This document shows, piece after piece, positions 12,042 through 26,058 of a stretch of 64,000 bases of DNA (position 1 is its first letter; each line of letters opens with the position of its first letter). The DNA lies in the NCBI GenBank assembly GCA_000165425.1, contig CT868051.1, forward strand, positions 124,001 to 188,000, read 5' to 3'. A program made the position numbers and the translations under genes. This DNA is from Paramecium tetraurelia. Taxonomy: Eukaryota. The notes beneath the pieces are model-generated. The model did not search any database. It saw nothing but the letters and a program-made list of their open reading frames with translations, and was not told where the DNA came from.

Positions 12042-13849
12042 TCATAAATTTTTGCTTAAACTCTATTTGACCTATTAAATGGCAGGTTCTCTACAATCTT
12101 CTTACTGATGCAATGAATCCTCATCATTAACTGGCTGTTATTGTTGTTTGTATTTTTAAAGGAAATTCAAAGATTCTTGTCTCTTGTGTTTGGACAATCC
12201 TTCTTTCATTTTTTGTTACTATTTTGACCCTTCTAAGGGGGAATCTAAATGAAAATGAATTAAAACGTGTTTACCATCAATGCTTTCTATTCTTCCAGTA
12301 ATCACTGGAGTATGCATAATCATCTGCTCTTGCAATTAAACGCTTTCTTTCATCTATTCCTTCATTGCCTAAGTTTGAGTGGCTCTTATATTTGGAGATC
12401 TGATTGGTGAATTGGTTAGTTGATTAATACGCATCATATCAAACTTATTATTAAGATCATTAATCTTTTGCAGTCTCTAATCTAATTGACAACTATCATC
12501 ACTATCAATGTTTTCATCTTCAAATTAGGCTATGTTTGGAATATGATAAGGGTTAAAATAATTATGCTTTAATGCTTCTTCTGCTGTGATTCTTTATTTT
12601 GGATCTGTTTCTAGCATTCTCTTTAAAAGATTCAAGGCTGCCTTTGGAATTATGTCAAATGCTGATGATTTCCATTGTATTTTAGCCTCCTTATTTTGAT
12701 TCACAATGGTTGTATAACTGCGTCCAGTAAATGCTGGTTTCCCAGTCAATAATAAATGAAACACCAATCCCAAGGAATATATGTCACAAACTTTATCATA
12801 TTTAGTTGTTAGATCTTTAATGTTGATAACTTCAGGAGCCACAAATCTATTATAAATATATTTTTGTATATACCCAGGAGTGCCACATCTGCAATACAAA
12901 TACACTTCATCATGAACATAGGTAGCCAATCCAAAATCTGCTAGACACACAGACTCTATTTAGTTAGGCTTTTTGAATAAGATATTTTCTAATTTGATAT
13001 CTCTATGCATGATATCTTTGGAATGAATGTGTTTAAGACCTTTTATATATGTAATCAGAAGTACCTTCTAGTAATCCTTTAATAATAGTTAAGATCTCTT
13101 TATTTGAAAATATGACTTTTTTCTTCAATTACTCATATAATTGACCACCTTCCAATAATTCCAAACAAACATATAATGAATTTGTTGTTTCATGGACCTC
13201 ATGCAATTTGATTATGTTTGGATGATCCAATTACCTCATCAACTTAATTTCGTTCATTAATCCTTCTTTTCCATTTTCTTCTGCATATGCCACACTTTTA
13301 GAAAATGCCTTAATAGCCATCTATTGCCCATCCTCAACTCTCTCAGCCAAATATACTGATGCAAAGTTTCCCTTTCCAATCTTCTTAAAAACCTTGAACA
13401 AATGATGGAATCCGTACTAGTTGATCCTCTTCCCCAAGAACTATCTCCATTGTGTGAGGATCATGGATGGAGCAACCAACTCATATCTGTGGTCCTCATC
13501 TCGAAATAGCCACAATGTAGTAGCCTCCCCAAGTTTCTCTATATTTTCGCTCTTCACTTAATCAACTCGAGCACTTCCTGAAAGCTTTATCACCTAACAT
13601 CCTGGTTTCATCTTAGGGGCTGTTCGTATCATCTCAAATTTCAGATCAAAGTCCATCATTGTGTACTTCTTGGGCTTTTTGAATTGGGGGTCCTTATGTT
13701 TAAACTCGTATTGAAACCTCGTATATTATCAGCAGTGTTTCACTTCCACCTAAATATCTAAACTTGCCCTTTTTCTAAAATTCAGACTTTATCAAAAGCT
13801 CTCCTATCTTCACTTCCTCTTTATACGGGCTCCAAAACTTTGTTTTCAT
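12042..13849 (-). CDS. Ser/Thr protein kinase, CAMK group, with N-terminal (possibly PH-like) extension
   Basis: IGKGNFASVY, MAIKAFSK, LDHPNIIKLHEV, IMHRDIKLENIL, LADFGLA, RCGTPG/FVAPE, CDIYSLG; several tiny introns. Confidence 0.95.
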
Positions 13850-14197
13850 TATATGATAGATTATTTTATCAATTATTTTCTTTAAAAATCATCATAATTT
13901 TTCAATCTTGAATGCCCTCAATCATTAAATTATATAATCGAGCTAACCATATCTAAACTCATAGAATTCTAAAATTTCTTTAGTGTCTAGATAGAATTTC
14001 AGTATAATAAGAATATATTTATTAAATCTATCCAACAATCAAGCTGAAATCTATATATTTATTGTAAAGAACCCCAATTTTCTAAAGAAAATCATTGATC
14101 TTAACTATCAATATCAAATATTCAAACTATATGAAAAAAACTATAAATATGTTCTCATTTTAAATTATAGTTAATAATATATATTTTATAAATTCAA

Positions 14198-14439
14198 ATG
14201 AACGATAGAACCTAATAAATGGCAGAGGATCCCTCTACAAAAGAGTTAAACAATTTTGTGTAAACACTCCTCAAACAAATGCAAGATCGATTCGATGAAA
14301 TGCAAGGCACTATCGTTTCTAGAATTGATGATATGGGTAATCTATTAGATCAATGTTATTAGGAAAGCGCATTGAAGACATAGAAAAAAGTGTAACAGAA
14401 CTAATGAATGACCTAGGATTCTCTGATGATGAAAAATGA
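14198..14439 (+). CDS. HSBP1: Heat shock factor binding protein 1
   Basis: ELNNFVQTLLKQMQDRFDEMQGTIVSRIDDMGKRIEDIEKSVTELM after removing intron 14337-14362 matches the HSBP1 signature; start at 14198 or 14219. Confidence 0.92.
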
Positions 14440-15091
14440 CAAAGGCAAATAGTTTTGAACTTTATTATAAATCTTATATCATTATTACATTTTCCATTCA
14501 TCTTTATCATTCACATCAGATAAATCATTTATAGAATAATAAATATCGATTAATCGATCAAATCATTCTTATTTTCAATAATGTATAACATAAATAAATA
14601 ATTCTGTCTAAAATTTAAATTAAAATTCATAATACAAAAATATTTCAACATTCTATCAATAGTGTCAAAAGAGATTTATATATATTTCAATTTTCACCAA
14701 AAAGAAATTCTACATGATTTTCATATATTGATCAAAGTCACTGTGAAATTATTAATGAAAATAAAGGTTATCTTATCTATCTGAACAGATAGTTTGTTTT
14801 AAATACTCTTTTGTTAAATATTAAACTAAATATACAAAACTGTTAGATTATTCGTAATTCCTTAACTTGTTAAAGATAAAAAAATACTGGCAAATAGAGA
14901 TATTTAATCTAAAATTAGAATATTGTTGATTGTAAAAAATCATACTATAAATTATTATTTTCTTATTCTTTGAGATATTTTACATTATTGTTATTTCAAT
15001 ATTATATAGAAAGTTGGTACCAAAGGCAAAATTCTTTGAATTAAGTTGATAATTTATTTCGCAAAACATCATTTAAAAATAATAATAATAA

Positions 15092-15769
15092 ATGGGAAAT
15101 TGTTCAGCCGAAAACATTTAGCAATACGAGAATGTAGAGTTCACAGAAGGAGATACATATGAAGGAGAGATGGAGAACGGATTTGCAGAGGGCTGGGGTG
15201 TATATACAAGAAAGAATGGAGATCAATATATTGGTTGGGTAATACGAAATTATTTTAATGAAAGTGGCATAATGGGTTTTAGCATGGGATTGGCAGAGAA
15301 ATATTTGCTGATAAAACAGAGTATGATGGAACATTCGTAAAGGGGAAGAAACATGGCAAAGGAAAAATTACATTTCCAGATGGATCATCTTATGAAGGAT
15401 AATTTTAAAAAGATAGTTTTTCTGGGGAAGGTGTATACATATATCCTAATGGGATGAAGTTAATTGGTACAATAATTTTATAATTAAGTTTGGTAAGTGG
15501 ATTGATAATAGAAAAGAAGGCAGTGCATAGATAGTATTCGAAAATGGTAACATATTTGAATGCGTAAGAATATTATGAATTAAAAGTAATACAAAAATGA
15601 TAAGAAAAATGGGGAAGGCCTATTCAAGTGGCCAGATGGATGTAGGTTTTAAAGTAACTGGGTAGATGGATAACTGTAAGGGGAATCAAAATTGATAGAG
15701 AATGGCATCATGACAATAGGGGAATGGTTAAACAATAAATGCGTGAAGTGGGAATAATTGAATGATTGA
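15092..15769 (+). CDS. MORN-repeat protein with N-terminal MGNC acylation motif
   Basis: Repeats YEGEMENGFAEGWG, YDGTFVKGKKHGKG, YEGQFQKDSFSGEG etc.; 3 tiny introns, one with an anomalous acceptor (see findings). Confidence 0.88.
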
Positions 15770-15863
15770 TATCCAAAATCTATTTAATATATTATAAAGA
15801 TCAAAATGATTACATTATAATTAATTTTATAAACTCCACCAAAATTTTCAATTCAAATATTTA

Positions 15864-18567
15864 ATGGAGACACAAACACTTTTACATCAATTGGTAAAGC
15901 AAGCATTCCCAGATTCAATTGAGGACAGCACATTTAATAACTATAAAACTTATTTTTTGAGAATTCTAAATGTGCGTACAGGTATTTCATTGATGGATGA
16001 ATCTGAACTTCAGGCAGAGATGACTAAAATGACTAATGTAATATCATATCTAAACAAAAGAAATCATAAGCTTATAGATTGCAAGATTGTTTGAATCGAT
16101 TAAACAAAACGAGATTAAGAAGGAAGAATGAACTTGTTCACTTCCTCTTTCGTACAAGTCAACTCGGCTAGAACAATAGTTATACAAATTAAACTTTAGA
16201 CACCTTGTTTAAATCATAGGAGATATCTTAAATCAATTATTCTCAAACAATACCCAAAAAAGTCATAGAGGAGAGTCCTAAAAATAATGACTAACTGAAC
16301 ATTATCCAATAAATTATTGATAAAGGAAATGCGACACTATCTATTACAGAAAAAGATCTGATTAAAGATTTAATATTTAGCATTTAAGGTATAGAGAGTT
16401 AATATATCTGTTATGATCCAATTAATGATTTATTTTAAGTGAAAAAAGATATAGCAATTAGTTCAGCTAGTAGGAAGTTACTGAATGCCATGTGTGAATG
16501 TGGATGGCTATTCAAAAAAATACAAGCATTCACTTAAAATAATTATAATAGTTTAGTCTTATAGGCTTTACAGAATTCCATCAAAGAAGAATTAAATGAA
16601 TATTACAGATTGATTGCATATTTTGAAAATCTTCTAGCAGAATCAACATTAACGCTTAGGAAAATGTATATGTGGTTGAAACAGCCCATGCACCATTTAG
16701 TTTAAATCAACTTAGTGTTATCATAAATTTTGACTAATGTCTAATTGGGTACGACATCTTCTTTAGTGATTTCTATTCTTTGCAGATATTCAAAGCATGG
16801 TTGTCCATTAACATCCTAATTGTTTTCTAGAATTTTACATCAAACAACCATACCAATTGTTAGATTTATAAATCAATGGATTTTCGATGGGTCTTTGAGT
16901 GATCAAGCCTAAGAATTCTTTATTGAAAGAAATGATTCTAATAAAATATAAATAAGAGACAGCGGAGAGTTGTGGAAGAATGAATTCAAAGTTAACCAAG
17001 ATAAAATACCTTATATGATTTCTTTGAATGATTCTTTTAAAATCTATGATACAGGTAGAGTAATTAATTGGCTTAGAAAATAGTGTAAATTCACACAATT
17101 CAATTAAAATTATGATTTAATAACTATTGATCTACTAGGTACTGAATAGTTTTCTCTATTTGTTGACTAAGTCAATAAGGAATACAACAAATAGTTAATT
17201 TAATTGATTAAACCAAACTTTAAAATTACACTAAACGCAATCAAAAGATTTTTATTGTTGGGTTAAGGAGAATTTATACATACATTGATGGAATTATTAT
17301 AAACTGAGTTAAATAAGCCAGCTCAATAATGTTATAGGCATACTTTGTTGAGTATTTTGGAATCAGCTTTCAAAAATATCTCATAAGAAGTTAGACTGAA
17401 TGTAAAACTCCTTGAGCCTTCTTAAAATGATACTGGTTGGGAGATTTTCTGCTTGGATTATGCTATTGATGAACCTTTGAATACAATTTTCAATTAGAAG
17501 ATTATGTTGTCATATTATAGAATTTTCAATTTTTTATGGAGAATTAAAAGAGTTGAATTTACATTAACTTAATGTTGGAAAATGCATTAGAAATTTATGG
17601 CAATTCCAAATCAATTCCAAACTATAAAAAAAGCAATTTAGTTAAGTTATCAAATGATGAATGAAATGCAACATTTTATCAAAAATTTTTACAGTTATCT
17701 CATGTTGGAAGCGATAGAAAGTTCTTGGAAAAAATTCATAGATGAGTAAGATAAAATTTAGGATTTGGATAGTTTAATAAAAACGCATGAATTATTCATA
17801 TCAGATATATTAGACAGATCTTTCTTAAATACAAAGGGAGAATCAACATAAAAATTGTTATTCAAATTATTTGATTATATATTTAGATTTAAGAGTTGTC
17901 AGGAGTTGCTATTAAGCTATGCAAAAGATTAAATATCATAAACTGATAATTAGCAATTATAATTGAAAAACTTGCTTAACAAACAATAAACTTTAGGTAG
18001 ATAAACTCAGAGTAAAAATTAAGACATTATTAAATCTTTATTGGAATTGAGGAAACAATATAGAGATTAAATGTTTGAATTACTCGAAAAACTTAAAAAG
18101 GAAGATAGATTAAAATTCCTTCATTTCAAATTAGATTTCAATGAATATTATTTGGGAATCTAAGAATCCAAAATATTTAATCAAGATTTAGAAAGGTAAT
18201 CAATACTTATATCCTATTCTTAGATTTATAGAGAAATGCTTGCCTAAAGTTAACGAAGTCTAAATACCACCTCATCGAGTTCAAAGTAATAAGTCACTAG
18301 TACAACCTCAACAGCCATAGCAAAGAACTTTCAATATAAATACTGAATTTTAGAATGAAGTGAGATCAGTCAAAGAAGGATGTAAGACAGTTATTAAAAT
18401 TTGTAGTAAAATTATTAGAAGAATAAAGAAGATAACAACTTTAATTAAAAGATTAATTCAGTAAATCTCCTTTGCAAAAGTCTCCATTATTGCAGATACC
18501 ACCGACAATGACAGAACATGAAAAAAGAAAGAATGATGAAGATTTAAGTTCAAGTGATGATGATTGA
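15864..18567 (+). CDS. GCP3: Gamma-tubulin complex component 3 (Spc98)
   Basis: IKRFLLLGQGEFIHTLMELL, LNVKLLEPSQNDTGWEIFCLDY, YYRIFNFLWRIKRVEFTL, FLHFKLDFNEYY: GRIP motifs closest to GCP3/Spc98. Confidence 0.9.
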
Positions 18568-18749
18568 GAATGATAGTTAATGGAATTTATTTATTTTTGA
18601 AATTAACAAATAATAATTACAATAATAATTGATTATCAATCCATAGCAATCAGAGTGTCTTAAGAAAAAAAAATTTGACAATTAATATCTATTTAATTAT
18701 AAAAGGCAAATATAGTCTATTAGGATTTTATAATTTTAATTGAATTTAT

Positions 18750-19600
18750 AAAATGTATATGAGGAAATAATGTGGTTAATTTTCAACGTTTCGCAACAAC
18801 CTCAAAATAATATGGAAAGCAGATATTTATGAAAGGGCAGTAAAATTTGGAACTCCAATCAGTAATCAAGTATGAAATTAATTTAAAAACATTTTTTGGC
18901 TAAATAACATAATATTGTTAAAAAGATTAGGATTATAGTTTCTAAAAATAATGTCTTATATTATTAATGTCACTTAAACTGAAGGAACCCTCATTAAGGA
19001 TTGATAATCCAATTTTCCAAAGTAGGCAACTAAATTTATCTTAATTTCCTATGAATCTACTTCAAATTAATTCTCAATCATTAAGCAAATTTTTAGTAGA
19101 TATTTAGATAAACAAACGAGGTACAAAGGAACTTGTAAGTTATCAAATAGTAATGAACTTACTGCTAATAATGTGAGTTTTTGGTTTGCTTGAATTGAGT
19201 AGGATTTCAAAGGTTAAGTTAAAAGTATTAATCCATACTTGAGAAACTGGGTCTAATCATAAAACAAATAAAAAAGAGAATGCTTTATTAAAAAATAGAT
19301 CCAAATAAATAAAACCAAGAGTGATTAAGTTACCAAAGAAATACATTGTAAAAATTCTTAGAATCGCAATTATTTAATTAAATTTTGAACCCCAAATTTG
19401 TAAAAATAGATCAAATGAAAGTCAAATTAATGTCAAAATCACAAAAAGTTAAATATATAAGTAATTTATAATAATAGTCATCCCATCTCTCCAAACACAT
19501 CAAAGTCTTCAATTTATTATGAAATTTAAAACACAAGATGATTCAAAATTCTATCGATGAAGACTGAAATTATCCACTATATAAAGAAGTAGTTAAAAAA
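18750..19600 (+). pseudogene. Possible decayed gene remnant
   Basis: Protein-like stretches (e.g. RQLNLSQFPMNLLQINSQSLSKFLVDIQINKRG) broken by TGA; no coherent gene model. Confidence 0.25.
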
Positions 19601-19737
19601 TCAATGATTCAATATCATTTAACATTCTGGAATTAAAGTAGAAGTATGAACAATTGAATTTTCATAGTTTCTTTATTTATTGATGTTAAAAATAAAAATT
19701 AAAAAATAGTCTAAATTTATATAAATTCAATATATCA

Positions 19738-20400
19738 TCATTATTTTACTATAATATGCGCATTTGGTATGCTATGTCTTGAAGAATAACTTAATAAGTT
19801 ATAATTAGGTAAATGGTCACTTGCAGATTTTGCTTTTTTGGCTGCCTTATCAAGACTATACTAAATCAGCCTTTCATTATTCCTAATTCTAAATTGATTT
19901 AACAAAACTGGATGCTGACCACTTCTTTACTTGCTGCGATTGGTCATTTCATTTCGATCGCTTACATAACTATTCCTCTAATGGATTGATTTAAACATAG
20001 TAGGAACATCTATTTTTAAATAAGAATGGTCCTTCCAGTATTTCACTGTCGATAATATTACTGAAGCCCTCTTTACAGCTTTACGCAATATAATCTTATT
20101 AATAGTAGTATCTATTTTTGGTTTTTGACTTATATGCTATAAACAAATAGATATGGGATATAAACAATTTAATCTAAGCAATTTCTAACCACTATTACCC
20201 TCTTAGAAGCTTTTTCTTCTTTATTTCTTTGGTATATCATCTAATTCAGCAATTTAGGATGTATTTTTCAGCCTTTTTGGCTAAACTAAGGATACTAAAA
20301 GCGAATTTCTCTTCTAATTTACCAATTTATACTCTCTCTAACTCGTTAAGCAATTTAATGTCATCTATCCTAATGATAGATAAGCTTATTGAGTCTTCAT
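19738..20400 (-). CDS. Hypothetical basic protein, 220 aa
   Basis: Uninterrupted code-6 ORF from ATG(20400) to TGA(19738): MKTQQAYLSLGQMTLNCL...PNAHIIVKQ. Confidence 0.7.
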
Positions 20401-20426
20401 AATATTTTTAATTTAATTATATTAAA

Positions 20427-21010
20427 ATGCTGTAAAAGTGACTACGATAATTTCCAGCTCCGCTTCCAAAAATTTTAAGAACATATTTACTTCTAAAATA
20501 GTAATCTAGTCCCGAGTAGTATCTCCAACAGTAACATGTGGTTTCTCAGAAGTAGCAATATTGTTAAAAGGCAATTATTCATAAAATGAAGAATTGAAAA
20601 TTACATCATTAGTCTAGATAATGAGAAAATGAAATTAAAATCCAAAGGTATTTCAATTAACAAGACTTTTGAGTCAATATGACAATCCATAACTCATTAC
20701 TATAACTCTATTAAATTCTGATTAAGTTGGATGGGGGGTTTAAATCTCAGATCTCATTTGATAACCAGTTGATAGTTAAATCAAAATTAGATTTAACTCA
20801 ATAAGAATTATGCTAATTTAATCAAAGATTGAGGGTTTTTAGACGTAATACTAATAAATCATTAAAATAAAAAAGAGGAGATGAAATATTTAATAGGTAG
20901 ATGAAAATGAATATGTGATATATCAGGAACATTTATTTAATTGTTTAGAAAAAGATATTAAATACTTTAAAGAAAAACTTCATTTTCCTTTCTAATTATT
21001 TATCATTTTT
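20427..21010 (+). pseudogene. Probable pseudogene
   Basis: ATG in good context then MLQK-TGA-LRQFPAPLPKILRTYLL...; later coding-like DENEYVIYQEHLFNCLEKDIKYFKEKL; multiple in-frame TGAs. Confidence 0.4.
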
Positions 21011-21482
21011 AAATAAAAATAGAAATGCCTAATGTTGTTTTCGCACTATTTTATTCAATACTAATAATATAATGCATCTGATCGGTACAATAAATTAAAG
21101 TGCAGCATTCATTTGAATCGATAAATTTTTTCAACATTTTCTGAGAACAAAATTCTTAGTTTCTTTTATTTAATCTTAGTCTCAATAACTTAATCTACAT
21201 AATAAGTAATCAATGTAATTTAGACTTATAATATCAGCTTTTTTGAAAATTATCTCAAACACAATTAGGCTAAGAATTTTTCTAATTCCAGATTTGAAAT
21301 TCAATCATTATTTTTATATTATTATTATTGTTTGTATTAATATATTTACGATATAATTGGATCAGTTTAAATTCTCGATTCCATTTGTTTATAAATATTA
21401 GTTGAATTTAATAGGTTAGATTAATATGTAAGATGCAATATGAGAAAGAAATAAGATATAAAAAAGATTAGAGTATCGTTAC

Positions 21483-21632
21483 NNNNNNNNNNNNNNNNNN
21501 NNNNNNNNNNNNNNNNNNNNNNNNNNNNNNNNNNNNNNNNNNNNNNNNNNNNNNNNNNNNNNNNNNNNNNNNNNNNNNNNNNNNNNNNNNNNNNNNNNNN
21601 NNNNNNNNNNNNNNNNNNNNNNNNNNNNNNNN
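21483..21632. other. Assembly gap (150 N)
   Basis: Run of N. Confidence 1.
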
Positions 21633-23140
21633 GATTCTGGTATATTTTATTGACTAAATTTATTTAATTTATATTATGAAACTAAATCGAAATTGCTACT
21701 GATTTTGGGGTATGTGTACATATATCTATTTGGTATTCTCTTGGGTATTATTATACTAACATTAACAAACATATACATTTATTAAAGGAATACCAATAGT
21801 TTTGACTACTATGATATCTTGGATTAATTAATTATCTCAAGGATCTTTTAAGTATTAATGAGAGCTCTAAAAACTACAAATGATAAAATAATGAATTATT
21901 TTATAAAAACCTCTTAAAAGGGAAGTAATGGTAAAGATTAAGAGGTATAGATAAGATATCATTTCTAGGTAGAAACATAATAATATTTTTTGAAATTGGA
22001 AGTATCAATAATTTTTGATTAAATAATATAAATATTCATACATTAATAAATTTTTCCTTCCAAAGGAGTAATTAAAATATGAAATATATCTTTGGAAGTG
22101 ATTTTGGAAATCCACACATTTATAGTTATATTTGTAAATCATCAATAATCTGTTTAACATATTCTGGTATTTTTAGGTTTGAATCGCAAGACATTTAAAA
22201 TAAACAATATGAGGTCGGATGGATGTTTGAAATAGCGTATAATTGCGAAACTATTTATCACATTTTATCTTTTAAAAAAAATATGATCCTAAGTAAATTA
22301 AAAAATTTTGTACTCAGATATATTAACTCAATTAACAAGTAAAAGGACATATGTAATATATATTTAATAAAGATTTTGTAGAAAATTGATTTTTTTTTAA
22401 AAATAACCTCAATTTATCTCTGCTATTGAAACGGTTAAATTTGAAGATAATTATTTATCAAACAATGATTAGAATAGCTATTAAATTCATAAAAATTGTT
22501 AGATTCTATTGGGGGAATAGTACAAAATGCTGGACAAGCCTTTCTATTATTAAAGAAAGTAATAATATGGAACAATGACTTTCCATCATTCTTAAATTAA
22601 GCAAGAGCTCAATTTCGAAGTATATTTTAAAAAAAAATAATTAAATTTACCTACAAACAACTTCTTGAGTTAATTTTAAAGCAACTATTAGCATCAACAA
22701 TAGTGAATAATATTTGTAAGCTTCAATATTTTATGTCATTTTAATGTATCCTTATAACGAAATAGCTGGAATTGGTACAGATTATATTTCATCTAAAGTT
22801 TTTTACAATATAAATTAAACATTTTATTTAGTTCGAACAGAAATTAATACATGGATTATTATTATTGAAGCTATGCTGATTTACACAATTAATTAGTTAT
22901 ATTGGCTCAGAATTTAAGGACTATGCATCCATTCATAAAGAAAGATACAACGATAGAATTCTTTAGATATGTAAACTATTTGTATTTGTCACTATATACT
23001 CCATAATTAAACCCGATAATGGGGATAATTAATGAATAATCTCAAAAGATGATCAACTTTTAAGATATTATTAATTAGCGTTTAAAGTTTGAGAGAAAGT
23101 TGAAGAAAGCAGATATGGTTTCAAAATAATTACCAAAATT
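21633..23140 (+). pseudogene. Decayed membrane-protein-like gene remnant
   Basis: Hydrophobic segments (KLLLILGYVYIYLFGILLGIIILTLT; ASIFYVILMYPY) in broken frames. Confidence 0.3.
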
Positions 23141-23149
23141 ATATTACTC

Positions 23150-24202
23150 TCTCTTCCATTATTTACAACTTAAGTAAATAATTCAGAACTAATAATTCAT
23201 TTCTATTGACTATATTTTATTATCTTCAATTTTGCTTCCTAACCTTAATTTCTCTTTGCTTTTATCACTTTATGATACGGTTCTTATATAATTTTAGAAT
23301 ATCTTGAAATATTAAATATTTTATAACTCTTTTAATATTTTGTAAATTTTTAATCATATTATTTATTACAATTTTAATTATCAAGATAGTTTATCCATCT
23401 TAAGTTATTTCTGAATTCTTCGAGAGAATTTTATATATCTATTTTGACCAATAGAAGTGTTTAACTAGCTACAATACCAGACTTTTAATTTTATTCTAAA
23501 TTATTTCTTGTGCTTCCAATAACATTCCCGTCCTAAAACTATTTGAAACATTTTGCATTTAGATTCAAAATATACAACACATTAATTAAACATTTCTTGT
23601 CAGTAATTTATTTTAATTAAGGCCTAATGTAGTTTTATGTTAATCGCAATTTTATAAAATTCTTCTTATAGTTTGCAATTGATGATTTATAGAATAAACT
23701 TTCTTTTACAACCGTTGCTCTTATGATGTTGGAAAATCTGAGACTCCTAGTTCGATAAAATGTTGTATTTAAATCTCTCAATTTTATAATTTTAGGAGAA
23801 GAATATTTTACTAAAGATCTTATTATGTGAATCCATTCAATCAATTTGATGAAAGGCTTAAAATATCTATGGTTTAGGGAAACGTAATTCGATACATTAA
23901 TCAACCATTCCTATCAGGAAGTTTATTGCATTGTAATGATTATGTAGGTGTGAAAGGGATGAATCCAATAATTTAATGGATTTCTCAAACAGATTCAATT
24001 TTTTTGCTTTAACACTTTTTTGAGTGCAACTTTTAGGCAGTATTAAGTGTTAATACATGGAGAATTATATTTTTGGAGATAAATTCAGCCAAACATTAGG
24101 CCAGTATATAATACACCTAAAATATTGTATAAAAATAAAATTATACTTGATGAATGGGTGTAAGATACTTAATCTAAACATTATTAATACATTATCTTTC
24201 AT
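23150..24202 (-). pseudogene. Probable pseudogene
   Basis: Long nearly open frame with an intron-like GTATA...TTTAG (~24117-24146) but in-frame TGAs (AFHQID-TGA-MDSHNKIF; IKINY-TGA). Confidence 0.4.
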
Positions 24203-24591
24203 GTTGTTTAAATAATTATTTCTTTAAAATAAAAAAATGATATCATAAATTACATAGTGCATTATTAATAACTTAATATATATATAAATAGTTAAAACAA
24301 AAAAAACATAAATTAATTGTCTATTCATAGATTTTAGCAATGCACTCAATTAAGTAAAAAGAGTACCTCTCTATTTAATAATGGAATCAAAATAAATATT
24401 TAACCATTTAGAATAAAAATTCTTAATGAAATTACACTCTCATTTGCGTAGATTAATCCATTAACAAATGAAATAAAATTCTTTTTTAATGGAGTTCAAT
24501 AAGGATTAAGAATAAAAAAATCTATCTTTATCAAAATTTGTTATATTTTCCTAACGATTCCACTTATAAATATTTAGGCATTTTTAAAATA

Positions 24592-25060
24592 ATGGAGAAC
24601 GAATAACTATTTAGAAAAGCTCTCCTAAACTGTTAAATTTCTACAAGTAATTATTCTGGTTATTTTAAGAATTGTATAGGAAATAGAAATGGATTTTGGT
24701 AAATTTTTATTCTACTTGGTTTCACCAAACCATTAATATTTTAAATAAACGAATTTCAACATATGCTGAAGGGTTTAAGATATATTGTAAATAGATATTA
24801 TCAATATAAATCAAATAAAATTATAGGATTTGATCTTAAATGTATCGATCAAAAAAGACTTAGAATATTCAAAGGTTCAATTGTGAACTTTAAAACAAAA
24901 AGCAAAGAAAGTCCTTGAGTAATTCGAGAAGGTAAAGATGTAATTGGAGGAAGGAACAAAAAAATAAACAAGTATGAGGGAAAACTTAAAAATTCAAAAT
25001 AATCAGAAAGAACTTTAATAAGGTGGAATTTAGTAATAAGCTGAGGAGTTTCTAACTGAT
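24592..25060 (+). pseudogene. Possible decayed gene remnant
   Basis: MENEQLFRKALLNCQISTSNYSGYFKNCIGNRNGFW... open for ~100 codons, then several TGAs. Confidence 0.3.
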
Positions 25061-25578
25061 TGATCATCATAAATTATATCAATACAAAATTACTGAAGTT
25101 TTTATTTGTATAAACCTCCTCTTCTTTTGTTCCTAATTTATTTCAACAATGAAAATCAAGGTTGTTATAAAAATAAAAATATTTCATCACTTTAATAAAC
25201 TATTATTAGCACTTAAATAAAGGTTCATAATTCATAAATCAAAAAAATAAATATCTTAAAGTTATGCTCCAATTTGTGTATTGTAATTCTTATATTCAAA
25301 AAGTTTGAAAAAACAATTTGTATAGGTAAGAACTTGATAAAAATCACTCTTGATAAAAAAAGGTTAAGGAGAATCAAAAGAAAAGTCTCTACAGTTTAAA
25401 ATGTTTAGTCATGAGTGTCTTAAAGTTGAGTAATACAATTATAGTTAATTTAGTGTAATAAAAAGATATTAAAAAAATAAATAGAATGTTAATTAAAGTT
25501 AATTATTAAATTATTAAGAAGAATCCTTAAAAATAATAAAGCCTATCTACAATTATGTTTAAATATATTTTAATCATA

Positions 25579-26058
25579 ATGTCCCTCAAAGATTATGATA
25601 ATAACATAGAATGTGTGACTATGGTTGCCATAATTTTACCAATTAGAAGTAACAAGTAAGAACAAATTTTAAGAAGGAGATTCAAAAATAAGAAAGCCTC
25701 AAAAGAGAAGGAACAAATTTCAAATAATGACAAGGTATTTTTTAAAAATCTTACCCTACCAAATGACTCAAAACATCTCAAAAATTGTTAAACTACTTCC
25801 TAGAGATTCTTATCCTAGTCAAATTATATCATTGCTGGATTTCATGATTTCAATAAAAGTTAAATTAATTATATTAAGAAAAATTTAGCATTAGGTTAAT
25901 GCTCACATTTATATTAGCGCTGTGTGAAATGTATAGATAACAGAGTGATATGTGTATAGTTTAGATACATTTTAAACGTATTGTGGTATGACCTATAAAA
26001 AACCATTAAAAAAGGATAGGAAAAGCTTAGGGATAGATAACTTAAATGCAAATTTTGA
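25579..26058 (+). pseudogene. 159-codon ORF, likely a truncated relic with a degenerate RING-like Cys/His motif
   Basis: Open ATG..TGA frame containing LALGQCSHLYQRCVKC; further coding-like fragments extend to ~26430. Confidence 0.3.

Noticed and set aside
14560..15060. Coding-like stretch between HSBP1 and the MORN gene
   Set aside because: Broken by TGA, with no recognisable motif; at most a relic.
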